Shown here: positions 1 to 9,091 of the stretch, one piece after another
Position numbering within the stretch: position 1 is the stretch's first letter
Layout: each line of letters opens with the position of its first letter
IMG/VR virus record: IMGVR_UViG_3300035181_000357
Span: 1 to 64,000 of that record
Strand: one strand, 5' to 3'
Length of the DNA: 64,000 bases
Made by a program: the position numbers and the translations under genes
The notes under the pieces: generated by a model
Seen by the model: the letters and a program-made list of their open reading frames with translations, nothing else
Databases searched by the model: none
Told to the model about the DNA's origin: nothing

Positions 1-2224
1 CTGTTCTTGAATTGAATGAATCTACCTTTGTTCCAGTTAGATAGGTGCTATTGTCATAACTAATTGTAGTTCCACTAGCCTTTACAAACCCAGTTCCGTT
101 TAAGGCCGCTTGTCTACTTGTATCTACAGGATGAACATGGTCTTGTCTTGCGGTTAAAGTAGAAGTTCCTACTGCTACTGTTCCATCCATTAAGGGAGCT
201 ACAGAAGCTAAACCAGTAATGGCATTAAATGAAACAGCTAAAACATTGCCAGTAGTATCTAATGTCATACCATTAGCGGCATCAATAGTAGCATCAGTGT
301 AATTTGCTAACCCATTACTCTGGAATAATTTTATTTTAGAACCGGAACCAATTGCTAAACCTCCTTCAGTATTACCAGTTTTAAGTAGTGATAATACTGG
401 AGCATTATTAGTTGCAACCCCACCATAAATACGAACATAGTTTTGTTGAGACCCTACATTAGTTCCAACATTAATACTTCCTGTTGAACTAGCTGCTGTA
501 GAAACAGTAAAATTGGTTCCAGATAAATACGCCAACGCTAATGTTTGAGCTTGATTAGTCCATTGAAATCCACCAGCATCTACACCACAGATAAATCTAG
601 TTATATTATTAGCATCGGAAGATAAGCTAAAGAGGTTAACTGTTGTTCCACCGCTTGTCTTACCTTGAAAATAAGTGGAGTTTGTTGCTAGAATTATATT
701 GCCGGAAAAACTACCATATCCACCACAAACAATTGGAATATAACCTGAGGTAGTTAAGGAGTTAGAATTCAAAGTCATTAATGTGTAAGGAGTTACTATA
801 GCATCGGCAGTTACAGAAGCGGATAGACCATAGAATGTAAAAGAGCCGCTCTTCATTGATAAATAAGTGTGGCCATAACTAGCATGAGTATTTAATGTTC
901 TAACTTGGTCAGAAACGGTATCAGCAGGATTTACATAAATATTATTACCAATAATAGTAGAAGCGGCTGAATATGTTTGACCAACAAAGCTATACAAAGT
1001 ACCATTAAGTGTTAATTTTATACCCCCATTAATATTACCACTAATATCAAATACTCCAGCTTGCGCTTGATTTAAATGATAGTGACCATTAGTAGCATCA
1101 CCACCTAATAGACCACTTAAACCTTCATGGTTAGTAATAGAGGCTTGACTAATTGAAGTCTTAGATCCAGTTACTGCTTCAATGCGACAAGAACCAGTAG
1201 CACCACTATATGCAGCACCAGTTCCTGTTCTTAGTGTAATCTGGTAAAGAGGAACGATTTCTTGAAAAGGTAAATTTCCAAGAGACAGATTTGCATAAGT
1301 TTCAGCCTGAGCTAAAGCTAATGATGTAAATATGTTTTGGCCTGGAATAATGATGTATTGGAATAAAGGATCCAATGAAGTTGTAGCAAATACGAAATAA
1401 TTAATATAACGTGATGCTATACCTTCTGTTAACTGCCAAGTTGCTCCAGTATATTGATTGTATTGTGGGAATGTAGTTCCAACTCCAAATGGAATAGTAT
1501 TTGTTTTAGTCCAGGTCCAGGTTCCTGTTGCGCCCGTTCTATTAAAAATAGTGTATGGACCATTATCAGCTAATACTGATGTATCAAAGATAATATCTTC
1601 ATCTGCTACCTTACCAGTAGCGATAGAATACGTATTAAATGCGTTAGTTGCGTTACCACCAGCGCCAGCTAAGTCGTAACCAGAAATAGCAAATCCGCTT
1701 AATGCCTCAGTTCCATTTACATTATGTAGGTAATAATGTGTCGACGGATCCATGGTATCACCATGGCGTTCTTCAAAGCAGAACCCATCAGCTAGGGTTG
1801 AATCCCAATAAACATATGCTACTTGAGCAGTTGTCAGAATGTTCCAAGGTGTGGAAGACTGCTGGAAAGTACCTGTATTATCAAAATAAATGAAATACCC
1901 ACCAGTTACATTAGGTAATGTAGTAGTCTGTGTAGTCTTAGTATAAACTACACCATTTACAGTGAATGTAAAATTAGATCCTGTAGGAGCTAGAGTAACT
2001 ACTCGAGTCGTTGAGTTAAATGTTAGAGTAGTACTTGTCCTATCAGGGAATCCTGTCTTTAGAGCTGTTTGATTTGTTAGAGCTAGGGTGCCAGTTAAAC
2101 TAGGTAGCGTATAAACTTGATCAGCTGTTAGAGTTGAGGGATCGAATAGTCCACCAAATCCTCCTCCTGTCTTTCGGACAGTTAAGGATGTAGAGATTTC
2201 CGTTGGATTTTTAATACGATACAT
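1..2224 (-). CDS. Tail fibre / long structural protein, runs off the window edge (C-terminus missing)
   Basis: Not in the ORF track because it has no stop in the window. Manual translation from ATG at 2224 (MYRIKNPTEIST...) stays open to base 1. It is G/T/S/N-rich, with HEGLSGLLGG..GHYHL and TARQDHVHP motifs typical of phage fibre proteins. Confidence 0.75.
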   Translation of the reverse strand, partial: MYRIKNPTEISTSLTVRKTGGGFGGLFDPSTLTADQVYTLPSLTGTLALTNQTALKTGFPDRTSTTLTFNSTTRVVTLAPTGSNFTFTVNGVVYTKTTQTTTLPNVTGGYFIYFDNTGTFQQSSTPWNILTTAQVAYVYWDSTLADGFCFEERHGDTMDPSTHYYLHNVNGTEALSGFAISGYDLAGAGGNATNAFNTYSIATGKVADEDIIFDTSVLADNGPYTIFNRTGATGTWTWTKTNTIPFGVGTTFPQYNQYTGATWQLTEGIASRYINYFVFATTSLDPLFQYIIIPGQNIFTSLALAQAETYANLSLGNLPFQEIVPLYQITLRTGTGAAYSGATGSCRIEAVTGSKTSISQASITNHEGLSGLLGGDATNGHYHLNQAQAGVFDISGNINGGIKLTLNGTLYSFVGQTYSAASTIIGNNIYVNPADTVSDQVRTLNTHASYGHTYLSMKSGSFTFYGLSASVTADAIVTPYTLMTLNSNSLTTSGYIPIVCGGYGSFSGNIILATNSTYFQGKTSGGTTVNLFSLSSDANNITRFICGVDAGGFQWTNQAQTLALAYLSGTNFTVSTAASSTGSINVGTNVGSQQNYVRIYGGVATNNAPVLSLLKTGNTEGGLAIGSGSKIKLFQSNGLANYTDATIDAANGMTLDTTGNVLAVSFNAITGLASVAPLMDGTVAVGTSTLTARQDHVHPVDTSRQAALNGTGFVKASGTTISYDNSTYLTGTKVDSFNSRT

Positions 2225-2562
2225 TACTTACCTCTGGCCTTTCTAAGTATCCAGGCCTTTTTCATATTTTCTATATATTCTTCAGTGAATTTCTTTGATT
2301 TACCTTTGGTTGCTCCCCTAACAGGTTCACATTTCTCTAAAACATGAAATTCCCAATCAGATTCATTATATTTATTCCAAGAATTCTGTAATTCAGGATT
2401 GTGTCTATAACTTCTCAACCGTCTTATATGTGTTAAGATTCTTCCCCTAATATCTACTGAGCTTCCTATATACCATTTATCATTCTGAGTATTTTTAATT
2501 CCATATACACCAGATATTTTAGGTATATGTGTAATTGTATCTATGTGGTATAATAGGGCCAT
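2224..2562 (-). CDS. GIY-YIG homing endonuclease, internally truncated
   Basis: ISGVYGIKN...KWYIGSS.DI.GR...H...L....HN..LQ.SWNKY....WEF.VLE is the I-TevI/Seg-type catalytic N-terminus. It jumps straight to a short basic tail. Confidence 0.8.
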   Translation of the reverse strand: MALLYHIDTITHIPKISGVYGIKNTQNDKWYIGSSVDIRGRILTHIRRLRSYRHNPELQNSWNKYNESDWEFHVLEKCEPVRGATKGKSKKFTEEYIENMKKAWILRKARGK

Positions 2563-2589
2563 GTCGTTTCCTAAATCGTCTGGCTAGGA

Positions 2590-2609
2590 CGGGATACCGA
2601 AGTATCCCG
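2590..2609 (-). promoter_or_regulatory. Stable cUUCGg hairpin upstream of the GIY-YIG gene
   Basis: CGGGATAC-TTCG-GTATCCCG, perfect 8-bp stem, no U-tract. Confidence 0.55.
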
Positions 2610-2627
2610 ACTTAGGGAAGCTCTAAA

Positions 2628-5393
2628 TTATAATAAGAAGGCTTTTACTCTAAAGTACATTGTTACTGCTGTTCCAGTTGCTGTAGAAGCGGCTAGCAAT
2701 CTCATAGATCCAGCACTAACATCAGATGTGAATGTTACACCATGAGTACCGATTGAATCATCTTCTATAACCATCAACTGGGTTGTTGATGCAGAAGTCT
2801 GGAGAACCGTTAAATATCCTACTGTATAATTTCCAGCGCCTCTTGATAATTGATACTCTATTCTAACACTTCTGTACGTTGCTACTGCCCAAGAACATCC
2901 AGTGACTAAAGCTGCTGCCTGGTTATCAGCAATCGTAGCTGTGTTGTTCTGTAGGCCTAGGTCATTTATAAGTATGTTATTGACTTTAGAGATCGTTGTC
3001 GCAAAGCTGTTAGCTGCTGTAGTCACATCTCCTGTCATTGCTACTGTTTGGATCACAGTACCAGAGAAAGTAAATGTAGCACCTAACGTCAGAGCCTGGG
3101 CAACCGCAGTTCCACCAGTAGAGTTACCTACTATCGATACAGTAGGTACAGATTGGAGATCTGTGTAAAGAACAGTAGAATAGGCTGGGGCATTTGCAAC
3201 TGTACCAGTACCAGTAGAAGTTAGGAACTGTTTAGCATTGGTAGTGTTACCAGCTAATCTTGTAGGTACGCCACCAGTACCACCATAAGTGATATCACCA
3301 ATAGCAGCCATTGGGGTATTTAGATTGGCATTCCACTTACTAACGCCATTGGCAATCAAAGTACATGAACCATATGGTGCTGTGATATTGATTGAAGTCA
3401 AAGCACTATTTACAGTATCAGTACCATTACGTGCAATCGTGATAAACACGGTTGGTGTAATAGAACCAGACATATCTACGATGGTAACACGCTGGCCTGT
3501 GGTAGTAGCAGGTGGGAGAGTGATAGTACGAGTAGCTGTTAAAGAAGTGATATATACAATAATATCGTTCCTTAAAGTCACAGTATAGTTTGCATCAGCA
3601 ACAGCTACAGGAATTTCCTCATATACGAGGATAGTCCATTTACCAGCTCCGTTGCTTTCTAGGCAAGTAGCACCATAAGCAGATGATATAACATTAGTGG
3701 TCTGACCTTCGATAGTATCAGTACCAGCTCTTGTAATCGTGATAGTATTAGTCGATGTTACAGATCCAGATTCGTCAAATATCCAGAGGATCTGACCAGC
3801 AGTCGTTGCGGCTGGGAGCGTGATGGTTCTAGCTGCTGTGATAGAGGTAACAGCTACATATGCATCCTGAGTAGTAGCGATCGTGTAAGCAGTATCTACT
3901 ACCGTCAAACGATTCTTAGTAGCAGGAGTGTAACCAAGGTCTGACCAGGTGTAGGCTAATAACGTCTTAGCCTGGGCTACAGTCATATCTGTTGGATTTG
4001 TCACACCAGCTGTATTGTTACCTTTGAAGGTATTGGCTGGGGCGGTTGCTAACTTTGCATTCGTTACAGCATTAGCTGCAATAGTTAATACAACCGAGTT
4101 AGCAGGTGAGGTTACATCACCACCAGTAAATGCTACTGTTTGGAGTGCAGAACCAGAGAATGTTAATGCTGCACCGAGTGTGATATTGGTGGCATTAGCT
4201 GATCCGGCAGTTGGATTACCTACTAAGCTTGAAGCTGCGACAGTTTGGAATTTACCATAAGTAACCGCGTTATTTAATATAGTAGCAATACCAGTAGCAC
4301 CAACGGTAAAATCACCTGAAAACCAGGTGTTATCTATACTTACTGTGGTCGTAGTTAATTTAACACCGTTATTGAAGGTATAAGAAGCAGCTACTGAATA
4401 CTGTACCCACTGAGTTCCATTATATGCCCACTGCTGATCCGCATTTGAACCAGATCTGATAAAGATCAGGTCTCCATCTACTGCCACACCTGTCCCAGAC
4501 TGGCCTTCTAATGGAGTCGTAGGAGTTGAGCCACCACCAACCCAGGTTACATTTCCTGTGATACCTGCTACTACGAATACCTTATTATTGTATGAGGCCA
4601 TCGCACCAGTTAAATTGGTATATAGTACTCTATCACCGATGGCATAAGTATATGACTGAGCAGCGTTAGTTAATGCTGTTGGGAGAGCCGTGGTATAATT
4701 TACAGTATCAATTATTGCTACAGGAGGTCTGACGCTGATCCCTACCTTAGCTGCATTAACCTGCCCCACAGTAGCGAGAGCCTGCACATTAGTAGAAGTA
4801 TTAGTTACTAGGGGAGGATATGCTAGAGTCTGACCATCTAGGCCAGGATCTTTCTTAACCAGATTTGCATACTCTGCATTAGTTAGAAGACCACCAACAG
4901 ATGTTGCAGCATTAGAAGCTAATGGGATATTGAAAGTATGGGTATTGACATTGTTGTTGACACTCACCCATGTTGGGCCAGTATTTGTACCAGATACTAC
5001 TGTAGCAGCGAACGTCTGAGCATTGTAAGTAGCAGTTGAAATGCCATTTAATGAACTTAAACTGGCTGTTCCAGCTGGAATCCAAGATAAAGTAGTACCA
5101 CCATTATTAGATAGAACATATCCGCTGTTACCAGTTGTAGTAGGTAACATAGCTAGGAGAGATGTATTATCTTCTAAAGCCAGGGTACCAGATCTGTTTA
5201 CAAACGAGAAGGTTTTATCAGAAGTGGTTATGTTCGCAGCACTGACGATTGCTTTAAAAGCTGAAGCTACAGCCCCAGTACCACCTTGTAAACTTATAGT
5301 ACCATCAGGATTATAGGCGAAGGATCTTACTAACGTTCCGTTATTGGCTACGACGGACCATGATGAGTTTAGACTAAGAATCTGTTTAGCCAT
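2628..5393 (-). CDS. Tail fibre-like virion protein with internal duplicated modules
   Basis: 921 aa, T/A/G-rich. Two copies of a TITLPxATT.GQ...D.SGS......GTD.......YG...L..NG..KW module and two copies of a VGN.T.G.A.A...TLGA..TFSG...QTVA.TG.DVT module. Confidence 0.75.
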   Translation of the reverse strand: MAKQILSLNSSWSVVANNGTLVRSFAYNPDGTISLQGGTGAVASAFKAIVSAANITTSDKTFSFVNRSGTLALEDNTSLLAMLPTTTGNSGYVLSNNGGTTLSWIPAGTASLSSLNGISTATYNAQTFAATVVSGTNTGPTWVSVNNNVNTHTFNIPLASNAATSVGGLLTNAEYANLVKKDPGLDGQTLAYPPLVTNTSTNVQALATVGQVNAAKVGISVRPPVAIIDTVNYTTALPTALTNAAQSYTYAIGDRVLYTNLTGAMASYNNKVFVVAGITGNVTWVGGGSTPTTPLEGQSGTGVAVDGDLIFIRSGSNADQQWAYNGTQWVQYSVAASYTFNNGVKLTTTTVSIDNTWFSGDFTVGATGIATILNNAVTYGKFQTVAASSLVGNPTAGSANATNITLGAALTFSGSALQTVAFTGGDVTSPANSVVLTIAANAVTNAKLATAPANTFKGNNTAGVTNPTDMTVAQAKTLLAYTWSDLGYTPATKNRLTVVDTAYTIATTQDAYVAVTSITAARTITLPAATTAGQILWIFDESGSVTSTNTITITRAGTDTIEGQTTNVISSAYGATCLESNGAGKWTILVYEEIPVAVADANYTVTLRNDIIVYITSLTATRTITLPPATTTGQRVTIVDMSGSITPTVFITIARNGTDTVNSALTSINITAPYGSCTLIANGVSKWNANLNTPMAAIGDITYGGTGGVPTRLAGNTTNAKQFLTSTGTGTVANAPAYSTVLYTDLQSVPTVSIVGNSTGGTAVAQALTLGATFTFSGTVIQTVAMTGDVTTAANSFATTISKVNNILINDLGLQNNTATIADNQAAALVTGCSWAVATYRSVRIEYQLSRGAGNYTVGYLTVLQTSASTTQLMVIEDDSIGTHGVTFTSDVSAGSMRLLAASTATGTAVTMYFRVKAFLL

Positions 5394-5398
5394 TTTTA

Positions 5399-5419
5399 CA
5401 TTCTCCTACTAAGAGAATG
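5399..5419 (-). promoter_or_regulatory. Hairpin sequestering the AGGAG ribosome-binding site of the 921-aa gene
   Basis: Minus strand CATTCTC-TTAGTAG-GAGAATG, 5 nt before the ATG. Confidence 0.45.
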
Positions 5420-5425
5420 AAAGTC

Positions 5426-6106
5426 CTAGACTGGCAATGAGATTCTAAATAGCTGAATTATTCTAGAAAATGCCCCAGAGTTATCCGTGGTCACACGTAG
5501 ACTGAGATTCCCAACAGAAATAATGGAATCGAAGGATGTTCCACAGGCAACGCCTATTGCACATCCAACAGTCTGGAATATGTTTACGTTTGTACCATCG
5601 TGAATTAGATAAATTTGACCTGTCTCATATCCAGAATTATCAGAATTTCTAATAGAATAAGTATATTGGACTGCTCTATAAACTGCTATTGCCAACGAAT
5701 CGATAATAATATTTGGAGAATTGGTGTTCACTGTTGCAGAAAAATTACTGGTGAAGATTGGAGCTTCTACTGATCCTGTAAATTCTGTAGTTCGATCTGC
5801 ATTTATTCTGGCTATGTCAGCATTAGAAGAATCACGAACAACAAATACAGTATTTAAAGTATCATAGCCTTTAAAACTAACAGGACCAAGCGCATTAGTA
5901 ATGGTGATGTTGGTACCACCATTATATGCTCCCTGTAGACTTCCACTAGTTCCAGAACCACCGACGACCAACGATGGATCGATCTTCCCATCGACCCCTG
6001 TGATTACTACTTTACCAGCATCCGCTATTCCAGTACTAACGTCAACAGTAAATATCTGTCCAAACGTAGCTGGGTTATTGGGATTCCTGGTAAGAAGAGT
6101 ATACAA
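5426..6106 (-). CDS. Virion structural protein
   Basis: C-terminal YRAVQYTYSI...ETGQIYLIHDG...F...I..GNLSL domain resembles the C-terminal YRSVRIEYQL domain of the neighbouring 921-aa protein. Confidence 0.55.
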   Translation of the reverse strand: MYTLLTRNPNNPATFGQIFTVDVSTGIADAGKVVITGVDGKIDPSLVVGGSGTSGSLQGAYNGGTNITITNALGPVSFKGYDTLNTVFVVRDSSNADIARINADRTTEFTGSVEAPIFTSNFSATVNTNSPNIIIDSLAIAVYRAVQYTYSIRNSDNSGYETGQIYLIHDGTNVNIFQTVGCAIGVACGTSFDSIISVGNLSLRVTTDNSGAFSRIIQLFRISLPV

Positions 6107-6136
6107 CGGTTCCTCACTTAATTAGATACGAGAAAC

Positions 6137-6646
6137 TTATTCTCTTCGTCTCATTCTTTCCAGGACTATCTCAGCAATGGACACAGATACGAATTCATCA
6201 ATGTTCCTACCGAAATTTCCGAGGGTCTTAATCAGAGAGCTCGATACCTCGACATACTTGGGACTTGGTGTGATATAGATAGTGCTTACGAATGGATTTA
6301 AGTGATGGTTTATATTTTCGATAGAGCGTTCGTAATTGAAATCTTCAGAAGATCTCAATCCCCTCAACATTACCCATATCTCTCTAGATGCGGCATAATC
6401 TACACAAAGATCACCATCTGTTAGCACATCTATGGTTATCCTACTTAGATCATCTGGACTAAATTTACTATCTAGAGATCTGTAGATTAAATCCATTCTT
6501 TCATGTTTTTCAAACAGATATTTTTTACCAGGATTATCAGCAATAAGAATAGTCAGGTGCTTAAATAGTATAAGACCTTGTCTTATAGTATCTATATGTC
6601 CTAGATGAACTGGATCAAACGACCCAGCATATAATCCCTTCTCCAT
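6137..6646 (-). CDS. coaD: Phosphopantetheine adenylyltransferase
   Basis: LYAGSFDPVHLGH (HxGH), NPGKKYLF...ER, RGLRSSEDFNYE and VSSSLIK match the PPAT signature set; 169 aa is the typical length. Confidence 0.88.
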   Translation of the reverse strand: MEKGLYAGSFDPVHLGHIDTIRQGLILFKHLTILIADNPGKKYLFEKHERMDLIYRSLDSKFSPDDLSRITIDVLTDGDLCVDYAASREIWVMLRGLRSSEDFNYERSIENINHHLNPFVSTIYITPSPKYVEVSSSLIKTLGNFGRNIDEFVSVSIAEIVLERMRRRE

Positions 6647-7628
6647 ACAACGCCTCTTCTATCAAGCTAAAGATAGTCCTACTAGTATGGAGTCTGAATC
6701 CTGCAGCACGATCATGGCCTCCACCACCTTTGAATGTACTAGCTATATATCCTGCACTAATTTTATCATTAGAACGTAAGCTAACAGATAAACCTATCTC
6801 GGTCTTACCATCTAATGTAATGTTCCTAAGTTCCCAACCTACGATCAAGTCCATGCCATCTAGACGCAACATCTCGGCCAGATCACTGATACTCGAGTCT
6901 CCATTATAGAAGGCCACATTGAAACCATTTATAGTTTTTAGTATACAGTTCTTTTTACGATTTAATGTTCTTAACTGATCTGTCTTGAACATGATAGAAG
7001 CCAGCTGTCTGTCATGTGGGGTTGGAATCCCATAGTATGAATTACCAAGCAGATTTAGATATAGAGATTGAGATCTAGACTCCTCGAATCTGGGATCATC
7101 AGATAGGAAACAATCAGCAATCCCTGCTAGCTCAGCTGCAGAAGTATCATCGCTAGAAATCCACGAAAACTGTAGTGCGACTTCATAAGCAAGAACAGCC
7201 CCAGACTCACCCTTACTATTAAGTCCGAACAGAATCTGGTTGGGATATTTTTCAATATAAGGAGCCAGATCAGCCAATCTACTGACATGGTGATCCAAAA
7301 TCTTCGCACCAGCTTTTAAGAAATCCTCTAACTGATCTGCTGGAGGACATGTATCCACAAACAGAGAATTCTCTGTAACGGATATTTTCTTATATGCTGT
7401 AACAGGATATAAGAAATCTGCATTATCCATGTTCTCGAACGGGACATACTTAAGTAGAAGATTTCTACCCATGATACCATCAGGACAGTAACTGTGAAAA
7501 TATAGTCTCTTAGTCTTCTCAATATTCTCTGAGAAATCCGACAACATGTCATCATTAATTATCTCTAACTGGTCTAATCTTAACATATCATCCTCAGATA
7601 ATAAGTACGGGACCGAAATCCCGTACAC
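6615..7628 (-). CDS. DHH/DHHA1 phosphoesterase (NrnA-like)
   Basis: HSYCPDG, FVD, ILDHH, and C-terminal SLRS...GGGGHDRAAGF. Confidence 0.85.
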   Translation of the reverse strand: MYGISVPYLLSEDDMLRLDQLEIINDDMLSDFSENIEKTKRLYFHSYCPDGIMGRNLLLKYVPFENMDNADFLYPVTAYKKISVTENSLFVDTCPPADQLEDFLKAGAKILDHHVSRLADLAPYIEKYPNQILFGLNSKGESGAVLAYEVALQFSWISSDDTSAAELAGIADCFLSDDPRFEESRSQSLYLNLLGNSYYGIPTPHDRQLASIMFKTDQLRTLNRKKNCILKTINGFNVAFYNGDSSISDLAEMLRLDGMDLIVGWELRNITLDGKTEIGLSVSLRSNDKISAGYIASTFKGGGGHDRAAGFRLHTSRTIFSLIEEALYGEGIICWVV

Positions 7629-7641
7629 ATAATCCTTCTAT

Positions 7642-7806
7642 TTATTTAGATATCGTACATTCCTTACATTCACAATATTCACATTTGACACAGTAGAAAT
7701 AGTCACCCTCTTTATCATGAACTAAAGGAGCATCTATAGTAACTTCCTGACCTTTGTATCTGGCATGAATTTCACAACCGTTAGGGCAAACTCGATCACT
7801 GTCCAC
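7642..7806 (-). CDS. Small Cys-rich protein (54 aa, GTG start)
   Basis: Manual translation MDSDRVCPNGCEIH...YCVKCEYCECKEC fills the intergenic gap; it is below the ORF-track length cutoff. Confidence 0.45.
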   Translation of the reverse strand: MDSDRVCPNGCEIHARYKGQEVTIDAPLVHDKEGDYFYCVKCEYCECKECTISK

Positions 7807-8551
7807 TTAAGATCTCGTTAATGAAGTCTTTAGCTTCCTGCCAAGTCAACACAGCACTAGCAGCAGCGACTTCATCATAATCCATATCTAATTTGCTGGC
7901 AATGTATCGGATAGCAGCTTCAGGACCGTTCTTGACTTCGATGAAGAACTTACTGAGATTCCCTTCTGCGAAGGATACGAATTGGTTACTCTTATTAGAA
8001 TCTTCGATTCTTTCAAGCATCTCTAGATTGGATTGTTTGTCATCTTCATTCCAGGAATTACCAGCTTCATCAAGCACACGTACAATTCTGGAATTAGGGG
8101 ATGAAGTCTTAGTGTTACCTGCTGTCAGGAATTCTGAGACAGCCTCAGACTCAGTGGCCAAACTAACTCGACCGAGTGAGCCAAACTTGATACGACCTAG
8201 GGAACGTAAGTGGAGATCAAGAGTAACTACTTCTGTCCCGACTTGCAATGCACATTCCTCATTGTCTAGAAGCAGACCACCAGATAGAAGGTAGTAGAGC
8301 TGGTCTGAGCTAACCTGAATACTAACAGCCACAGACTTAACATCTGGAGAAGCAATCTCTTCGTCGTCCTCGGCATAGTCTTTAAGGTGCTCAGCATAGA
8401 TATCAGCGACTTCTTTGTTGTGCTTAGAGTCTAAGATTCCAACGATATAGTAAGTTGGGAGCTCATCACTATCTTTCAGATGCTGGAAAAGATTCCAGCT
8501 AATCTCTAGTGCCTCAGCTTGTTTCTCGGTAATTGGTGTAAATTGATACAT
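7796..8551 (-). CDS. Hypothetical acidic protein
   Basis: 251-aa ORF in the operon with an upstream GAGG RBS; no recognised motif. Confidence 0.6.
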   Translation of the reverse strand: MYQFTPITEKQAEALEISWNLFQHLKDSDELPTYYIVGILDSKHNKEVADIYAEHLKDYAEDDEEIASPDVKSVAVSIQVSSDQLYYLLSGGLLLDNEECALQVGTEVVTLDLHLRSLGRIKFGSLGRVSLATESEAVSEFLTAGNTKTSSPNSRIVRVLDEAGNSWNEDDKQSNLEMLERIEDSNKSNQFVSFAEGNLSKFFIEVKNGPEAAIRYIASKLDMDYDEVAAASAVLTWQEAKDFINEILSGQ

Positions 8552-8589
8552 ATGTATGCCTCACTATTAACTGAATCTAGAAGTCTAGC

Positions 8590-8913
8590 TCAGATATGAT
8601 GGATTACCCCTTGCGAATCTGGTTTAGACCACATTCGCTTTTTATTTATCTCCATTTTACGGAGTACTTCATACTCCATATCGAAGCCCATCTGACCAGC
8701 TAAGTTCAGTGCGACGATTACAATATCGGCTAATTCTTCCTTCGCCTTGTCCAAGTCTTGTACTTCCCACTCTACTTTAAGCTCATTTAGCTCTTTTTCG
8801 AGGTGAAGCATCTGCCCATCAGGTGTACGATCTGGGATCTTGGCATCTGCCCAGGTCTTTATACCATCTTGAATATTTTTCAATCTTCTCTTACTTTTGA
8901 ACAAAGAAATCAT
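8590..8913 (-). CDS. MazG-like / DUF550-type dNTP pyrophosphohydrolase
   Basis: HLEKELNEL...EELADIVIV (ExxE..ExxD) and KMEINKKRMW...G.IHH C-terminus. Confidence 0.75.
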   Translation of the reverse strand: MISLFKSKRRLKNIQDGIKTWADAKIPDRTPDGQMLHLEKELNELKVEWEVQDLDKAKEELADIVIVALNLAGQMGFDMEYEVLRKMEINKKRMWSKPDSQGVIHHI

Positions 8914-9091
8914 TCCTTATCTCCCCAAACATGTCTAGTAGGTTTCTAGCTAATAGGATCTCACCATCATTAACACCTTCGTCATAAGCAGACGAATTAT
9001 CTGTGTACTGCTCAGCCAAGAAATATGGATCATCACAGGCTGCAGTTTCAGCTGCTTTAGTCTTAAGGTAGTCTAGTAATCGTTCATTCAT
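8891..9091 (-). CDS. Hypothetical protein
   Basis: 66 aa, overlaps both neighbours in operon fashion. Confidence 0.55.
   Translation of the reverse strand: MNERLLDYLKTKAAETAACDDPYFLAEQYTDNSSAYDEGVNDGEILLARNLLDMFGEIRNDFFVQK

Noticed and set aside
2224-2627. Group I intron joining the two fibre genes around the GIY-YIG ORF
   Set aside because: The upstream gene ends with its own stop and terminal domain, and the downstream gene has its own ATG. There is no room for, or sign of, an intron core.
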